Source: an uncultured Acidobacteriaceae bacterium (GTDB lineage: Bacteria; Acidobacteriota; Terriglobia; Terriglobales; Acidobacteriaceae). From it: a stretch of 64,000 nt of DNA. Positions 58,915 through 64,000 of the stretch are shown in pieces. Location of the stretch: the NCBI GenBank assembly GCA_903828675.1, contig CAIKND010000213.1, positions 29,114 through 93,113 of the forward strand. Direction: 5' to 3'. The first letter of the stretch is position 1. Each line of letters starts with the position of its first letter. Below the pieces are notes generated by a model, which saw nothing but the letters and a program-made list of their open reading frames with translations, made no database searches and was not told the DNA's origin. The position numbers were made by a program, and so were the translations under genes.

Positions 58915-60531
58915 CTAGATTGACACCGTTTCCCCTGGCTTCAGCTTGTTCAGGTGCGCCTCGAAAATTACGCGCGAGACATACACTGCCGTGAACAGGT
59001 TGGCCGCCAGACCGAAGGTCAGGGTGACCGCGAAGCCCTTCACCGGGCCGCTGCCGAAAAGGAACAGGATGGCCGCCGAAACAATGGTGGTTACGTGCGT
59101 ATCGACGATGGTTACCCAGGCATGCGCAAAGCCCTGGTCCACAGCCGCCGATGGCGCCTTGCCGGCGCGTACCTCTTCGCGTATTCGCTCAAAGATCAGT
59201 ACGTTCGAGTCCACGCCCATGCCTATGGTCAAAATCACTCCGGCAATACCGGGCAATGTCAGCGTCGCCTTGGAGAAGCCCATGAAGCCCAGCAGGATAA
59301 CCAGGTTCAGGAACAGCGCCAGGTCGGCGTTGATGCCCGAGCCCCGGTAATAGAAGAGCATGAAGGCCATCACCACGAGCACACCGACGATAGCCGCCGT
59401 GACACCCTGGCGAATCGAATCCGCGCCGAGTGACGCGCCCACGGTGCGATCTTCCAGATAATTCAACGAAGCCGGAAGCGCGCCGGTGCGCAGCATCTTG
59501 GAAAGGATGGTGACTTCGTCTGGAGTGAAGCTGCCTTCAATTTCGCCGCTATCCCGAATGGCGCTCTTGATGTTCGCCACTTCGCGAACGCGGCCGCCCA
59601 TCACCACCGCCATGCTCTTGCCGACGTTGACGCTTGTGTATTCGTAGAACTTGTCGCCGGCTTCATTGGTCAGCGTGAAGCGGACATTTCTGAGGCCGTT
59701 TTGATCGGTGCCAGGGTCGGCCGAGCGGAAGTCGCTGCCCGCCACTACCGAGACGCGCTGCAGCACGTATACGCTGTCGGCATCGGAACCGGTGGCTAGG
59801 GCGCCGGAGCCATGAACCAGCATCTCGTCGGGAGGAACCACGCCTCCCACACTTGCCAGCGCCGCTGTTTCGTCCTGATAGGGACCGCCCACAACAGCGT
59901 GAATCTCAAGCCGAGCGGTGGACTGGATGATGCTTTTCACGCGGTCCAGGTCCGAGATGCCCGGCAGCTCGACAAGAATCTGATTGGCGCCCAGGTTGTA
60001 CTCCTGGATCAGCGGCTCGCTCACACCCAGCGAATCCACGCGGTCGCGAATGGTGTCGATGGCCTGCTGGACGGTCTTTTCTTCCAGGGCTTTCTGCACC
60101 AGCGGCTTCATGGTCAGCGTCCAGGTGTTGTCCGCGCCGCCGCCGTTCACGTCGTATTCGTTGGAATACTTGGTGTCAAGCAGGGAGCGCACCACGCTCG
60201 CGTTGGGCTGTGTCGTGCCTTCCAGGCGGATCACCTGAGGCTTGGTCGGATCTGGCTTGTACGCCTGCGAGAACGTCAGCTTGGCCGTCTTCAAGTCCTG
60301 CTGAACCCGCGCCACGGTGTTGTCCGTCTCCGAAGCCACCGCTTCTGACACCACTACCTGCAAAATCAGGTGGGCGCCGCCGCGCAGATCGAGACCGAGG
60401 TGAATACGGTTGCTGAGGGCTTCCATCAGGGCCTTGCCGCTCACTCCCGAGGGCACCCCGATGATGCCGTAGGTGAAAACCACCAGGACCGCAATAATCA
60501 GGAGAACTTTGTTCTTGAGATTCTTCTTCAT
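58915..60531 (-). CDS. secD: Protein translocase subunit SecD
   Basis: LGLDLRGG, IRDRVDSLGVSEP, GMGVDSNVLIFERIREE. Confidence 0.96.
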   Translation of the reverse strand: MKKNLKNKVLLIIAVLVVFTYGIIGVPSGVSGKALMEALSNRIHLGLDLRGGAHLILQVVVSEAVASETDNTVARVQQDLKTAKLTFSQAYKPDPTKPQVIRLEGTTQPNASVVRSLLDTKYSNEYDVNGGGADNTWTLTMKPLVQKALEEKTVQQAIDTIRDRVDSLGVSEPLIQEYNLGANQILVELPGISDLDRVKSIIQSTARLEIHAVVGGPYQDETAALASVGGVVPPDEMLVHGSGALATGSDADSVYVLQRVSVVAGSDFRSADPGTDQNGLRNVRFTLTNEAGDKFYEYTSVNVGKSMAVVMGGRVREVANIKSAIRDSGEIEGSFTPDEVTILSKMLRTGALPASLNYLEDRTVGASLGADSIRQGVTAAIVGVLVVMAFMLFYYRGSGINADLALFLNLVILLGFMGFSKATLTLPGIAGVILTIGMGVDSNVLIFERIREEVRAGKAPSAAVDQGFAHAWVTIVDTHVTTIVSAAILFLFGSGPVKGFAVTLTFGLAANLFTAVYVSRVIFEAHLNKLKPGETVSI

Positions 60532-60569
60532 GGTTCCGTTTCTCTAGTTCCGTTTCTTTGGTCCGAGGC

Positions 60570-60896
60570 CTAGGAGGCCGAAGAGCCGTCCTGGGTGGTA
60601 ACCGAGGCGATCGCGTTCTTGGCCACTTCCAGCTTCAGGTTGTCCGGAGCCACGCGGATGATGATGGAATCGTCCTTCATGGACAGGATAATGCCGCGGA
60701 TGCCGCCGGCAGTGGTCACGCGGTCGCCAGGCTTGATCGAGCCCAGCATCGACTGCCACTGCTTTTGCCGCTTCTGTTGCGGGCGGATCATCACCAGGTA
60801 AAGTACCGGGATCAAAAGCAAGGGCAACAGCACCGTCAGGCCGCCACCACCTGCTCCGCCGGGTCCAGCCAACAACATTGCGAAACTCGTCGCCAC
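60570..60896 (-). CDS. yajC: Preprotein translocase subunit YajC
   Basis: YLVMIRPQQKRQK, GDRVTTAGGIRG; directly upstream of secD; GTG start after AAGGA. Confidence 0.92.
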   Translation of the reverse strand: MATSFAMLLAGPGGAGGGGLTVLLPLLLIPVLYLVMIRPQQKRQKQWQSMLGSIKPGDRVTTAGGIRGIILSMKDDSIIIRVAPDNLKLEVAKNAIASVTTQDGSSAS

Positions 60897-61219
60897 ACTC
60901 GTCCTTTGCTCGCCCTGAGCCGCAAATTCGCTGCTCGGGGCACAGGCACACCCGGCCTTTCGCCGGGCGCCTGAAAATAAATTTGTCTCCGGGAATGGTC
61001 CTGGCCGTTGGTCAAATCCAGCCCAGGCTCTGGAAGTAGAGTCCGGTTGCCGCATGACGGGAAATTGAAGAGCCTTCCCGTGCCTGCATTCATCCTTGGA
61101 ACCCTGCCGCCGTCTGCTTCCTGTTCGACACAGCTCTCTGTTGGCGCTCCGCCCGCGAAAACCGCACCACTCAACCGGTGCCCACTCCGCACGGAATCCA
61201 AAAGAATGCCTAGGAAGAT

Positions 61220-61247
61220 AAGATACGCGTGCCCGCTTGCGTGTCAA
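61220..61247 (-). promoter_or_regulatory. Sigma70-type promoter for yajC-secD-secF
   Basis: Minus strand TTGACA-N16-TATCTT, about 320 bp upstream of yajC. Confidence 0.5.
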
Positions 61248-61701
61248 GGCGTTCTGAGCGTCAAAACACCTCAACCGGCCACTTCCCGTCCTTTTTATAA
61301 AGCCCTTACAGCTTACATACCCCTTCATTACCGGTTCGGGCGATTTCTGGTATTACGACGCACTCGCCTCGGGGCGCGACTGTTGGGAGCCTCCTCCTCA
61401 GCCCCGAATGCGGGAAGGGGGCCCATCCTCATGTTCGAATTTCGCTCAGAATTGCTCTTGCTTATCCCGATATGGCAAAACCAGAGTTGGTATATCCCGA
61501 AAGCAGTTCATCCAAGTCGACGCGACCCCCCAGGGAGCGGCGGCCTCGCATGCATTGAACAGGACACAGTGACTCTGGTTTTGCCCTAGTCCCCTCCATA
61601 GCCCTCATGCTCTGGGTGCTGTGGAATCTGAACCGCGAAATAAAGCGGTGAGGCAGCGGACCGTAAGCAGTGGCCAGAGGCTGATTTTCACTGTCCCCTG
61701 C

Positions 61702-62319
61702 TCACTGTTCCCTGTTCCCTCCCTTCTCCGTGTCTTCCGGCGTCCAGTAGCGCAGTTCGGGGCGCGCGCAGCTCAGGCAGAGACGCTCGCCATCCGCCTG
61801 CTCAAAGCGCCCAAAGTTCACGCTTTCTCCGCAGCGAGGGCAGACCGCGCGCTTGCCCCGGCTGCCCGGCATTTCGGCTCCATGGATGTCCACGCGCACC
61901 CGTTGCTCCCGGAAGAGTTGAGCATCGGAGAGTTCGCGATAGGCCTGCATTTGCTTGCTGCCCTCGCTTGCCAGGTGGGGATAAAGTTCGCGCGCTAACT
62001 CGCGGGAGTCTTCGAGAGCCACAATCCGTACCCCGCGGCCCGAGGCAGTATCGACGAAGGTGGCGGCCATCTTGCCCCAGTCACGGAATTTGAGGGCGCG
62101 CTTGCCCAGCCGGCAGCCAGTCACAAGACTTATGGCGTCGGTTGCGCAGCGGTCGATCTCGACATAGGTCACGAAGCGTCTGCGAGCTGCGCCGCGCGGG
62201 TCCGCAATGCCGAGCCGCGCCAGACCAAGAAGGGCCATGCGCACTCCCAGAATCTGCCCCGCGCACAGGTGCCCATGCGCCGCCTCAGCCTTCCGCAGAA
62301 GTTCGTCGAGTGATTCCAT
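61702..62319 (-). CDS. FmdE family protein with C-terminal C4 zinc finger
   Basis: HGHLCAGQILGVRMA, EIDRCATDAI..VTGC..GK, CPRCGE...CLSC. Confidence 0.85.
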   Translation of the reverse strand: MESLDELLRKAEAAHGHLCAGQILGVRMALLGLARLGIADPRGAARRRFVTYVEIDRCATDAISLVTGCRLGKRALKFRDWGKMAATFVDTASGRGVRIVALEDSRELARELYPHLASEGSKQMQAYRELSDAQLFREQRVRVDIHGAEMPGSRGKRAVCPRCGESVNFGRFEQADGERLCLSCARPELRYWTPEDTEKGGNREQ

Positions 62320-62343
62320 GGTTTTCGCTGACTAGCCGACTTG

Positions 62344-63069
62344 CTACTTCGCTTTTGTCTCTGCGGCAGGCTGCGCTGGAGTCTCGGCCTCGTCGCCTGA
62401 GTCTTCCACCAGCACCGCTGAGCCGGGAACAATGTCGTAGCTCACCGCGTCCTTGACCGTTGGATGAAAGGTAATCCGCAGCGGCTCGCGCTGCCATTCT
62501 GGAGGTGCGCAGGCCGGATCGGGATGACTCTCTGGATCGAAGGCCGAAAGCTTCTTTGCCAGCACCGCCTTGCGCGCCGCCACCTGCGCCACCACGGCGT
62601 ACAGGCTCTTCCCGCTCGCGGTTACGCCGCAATAGGCCCCGTAGTCGCGGAACCAGCTCACCTGGCTTACTCCTGGGTCGTAGTCTGGCAACTTGAGCGG
62701 CGCGGCATGGCCCGTCACGCGATCCACCAGCACCCAGGGGCCCCGCTGCCAAACCCAGTGGCCAAGCTTGTCGCCGGGAAGAGAATCATTGAGGCGGATC
62801 ACGCGCCTCACCACAAAGCTGCGATCGGTTACATCGTGGGCGTCGCCGGTGGTCCACTCCTTCAGAACGCCATCCACCATGAGGGCGCGAATCTTCAGCG
62901 CGTCTTCAGTGGCCGCCGCGCCGGCCGGGTCGCCGGCCTTCGAGTAAGGAACGCGCTTGCCTGCGCCCAGAACCACGGTATGCGGTTTGCGCGGTGCCGC
63001 CTGTGAAGCCGTCGCAACGGCGAGCGCCGCCGTCAGAACCACCGCCGCAATCTTCCCGCCCTTGCTCAT
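62344..63069 (-). CDS. Hypothetical secreted protein
   Basis: Sec-type signal peptide (ASQA), GAGGG RBS, protein-like composition; no family recognised. Confidence 0.65.
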   Translation of the reverse strand: MSKGGKIAAVVLTAALAVATASQAAPRKPHTVVLGAGKRVPYSKAGDPAGAAATEDALKIRALMVDGVLKEWTTGDAHDVTDRSFVVRRVIRLNDSLPGDKLGHWVWQRGPWVLVDRVTGHAAPLKLPDYDPGVSQVSWFRDYGAYCGVTASGKSLYAVVAQVAARKAVLAKKLSAFDPESHPDPACAPPEWQREPLRITFHPTVKDAVSYDIVPGSAVLVEDSGDEAETPAQPAAETKAK

Positions 63070-63085
63070 TTCCCTCGCTCCTATA

Positions 63086-63181
63086 GATCCGGCAACTCAA
63101 TACTGTTCGGGTGCCCCATCCATTCCCGCGTGTTTTGCGGGAATGGATGGGAAGAAGATGACCTTGCTTTTTTGCCGGATC
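63086..63181. mobile_element. 96-bp miniature inverted-repeat element (copy 2), overlapping the gatA stop codon
   Basis: Same ends and length as 35464-35559; gatA ends ...ATT TAT TGA with the TGA running into the element end. Confidence 0.75.
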
Positions 63182-64000
63182 AATAAATCCCCGCATCTTC
63201 CACGGCCCGCGCCACGCGGAAGGCCGTGCTTTCATTCAAATGCGCAGCCAGCACCTGCATGCCTACGGGCAGTCCGGCTGCGGTTGTTCCGCAGGGCACC
63301 GTCACGCCACAGATGCCCGCCAGGCTCGCTGTCACCGTATAGATGTCGGCCAGGTACATGGCCAGCGGATCGCCTGTCTTCTCGCCCAGCTTGAAGGCGG
63401 GTGTCGGAGCCGTCGGCGTCACGATCGCGTCCACGTCGTTGAAGGCCCGCAGATACTCCTCGGCCAGCAGCCGACGCACCTGCTGCGCCTTCAAGTAGTA
63501 GGCATCGTAGTAGCCCGCGCTCAGCGCGTAGGTTCCCAGCAGAATGCGCCGCTTGACCTCCGCGCCAAAGCCCTCGTCGCGGGAGTGCGAATACATGTCG
63601 GACAGAGTGTCGGAGGCCGGCGAGCGGTACCCGTAGCGCACGCCGTCGAAGCGCGCCAGGTTGGCGCTGGCTTCAGCCGTGGCAATCAGGTAATACGTCG
63701 GAACCGCGTACTTGGTATTCGGCATCGAAACCGGCTTTACACTGCATCCTGCCGCCCCCAGCGCGGCGATGCCCTTTTCAATGGCCGCCCGCACCTCCGG
63801 GTCAAGTCCCTCGGCAAAATACTCAGCCGGAACGCCGATGCGTAATCCCGCCACCGGCTTGTCGCTCTCCGCCGCGTAATCCGGCACCGGAGCGGGAGAG
63901 CAGGTCGCGTCTTTCGGATCCTGCCCTGCGATCACGCCCAGCAGCGTGGCGGCGTCGCGCACGTTAGAGGCGAACGGCCCCACGCGGTCCAGCGAAGACG
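63180..64000 (-). CDS. gatA: Asp/Glu-tRNA amidotransferase subunit A (5' part outside window)
   Basis: AEASANLARFDGVRYG, GFGAEVKRRILLG, PLAMYLADIYT amidase-family GatA motifs. Confidence 0.93.
   Translation of the reverse strand, partial: SSLDRVGPFASNVRDAATLLGVIAGQDPKDATCSPAPVPDYAAESDKPVAGLRIGVPAEYFAEGLDPEVRAAIEKGIAALGAAGCSVKPVSMPNTKYAVPTYYLIATAEASANLARFDGVRYGYRSPASDTLSDMYSHSRDEGFGAEVKRRILLGTYALSAGYYDAYYLKAQQVRRLLAEEYLRAFNDVDAIVTPTAPTPAFKLGEKTGDPLAMYLADIYTVTASLAGICGVTVPCGTTAAGLPVGMQVLAAHLNESTAFRVARAVEDAGIY

Noticed and set aside
61008-61998. Plus-strand ORFs 61008-61589 and 61621-61998
   Set aside because: They span the yajC promoter region or lie antisense to the FmdE gene and have no recognisable motifs.

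Overview
A GC-rich bacterial chromosomal segment. Gene content suggests Acidobacteriota (Terriglobia/Acidobacteriaceae-like); this is an inference from acidobacterial-type VWA proteins, the secretin-cohesin cluster and the intergenic repeat style, not a database result. Housekeeping blocks: tig-clpP-clpX-lon-yihA, smpB, pepA, tgt, sthA, lptD-dsbA-surA, yajC-secD-secF, tonB-exbB-exbD-exbD and partial gatA. Carbohydrate genes: GH51 arabinofuranosidase with araB, a tandem CE15 esterase, GH31, ROK kinase and a Gfo/Idh/MocA oxidoreductase. Motility genes: motAB and an orphan MCP, each downstream of a sigma28-type promoter. There is also a VapBC-like TA pair and a partial T2SS/T4P cluster. Most notable: (1) a sortase with intact catalytic residues, a VWA protein and an LPKTA-sorting-signal substrate in a diderm (LptD-encoding) organism; (2) a catalytically degenerate PAS-GGDEF gene overlapping motA; (3) a gene-free stretch at about 48.9-50.4 kb with miniature inverted-repeat elements nested in each other (one with a clear TTTA target duplication) next to a strong G-quadruplex tract; (4) a 96-bp TIR-bounded element in two copies, one supplying the gatA stop codon. 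I found no rRNA, tRNA, tmRNA, CRISPR array or full-length transposase. All calls come from reading the sequence and the ORF track. Many start codons were re-chosen by eye from RBS and signal-peptide context.
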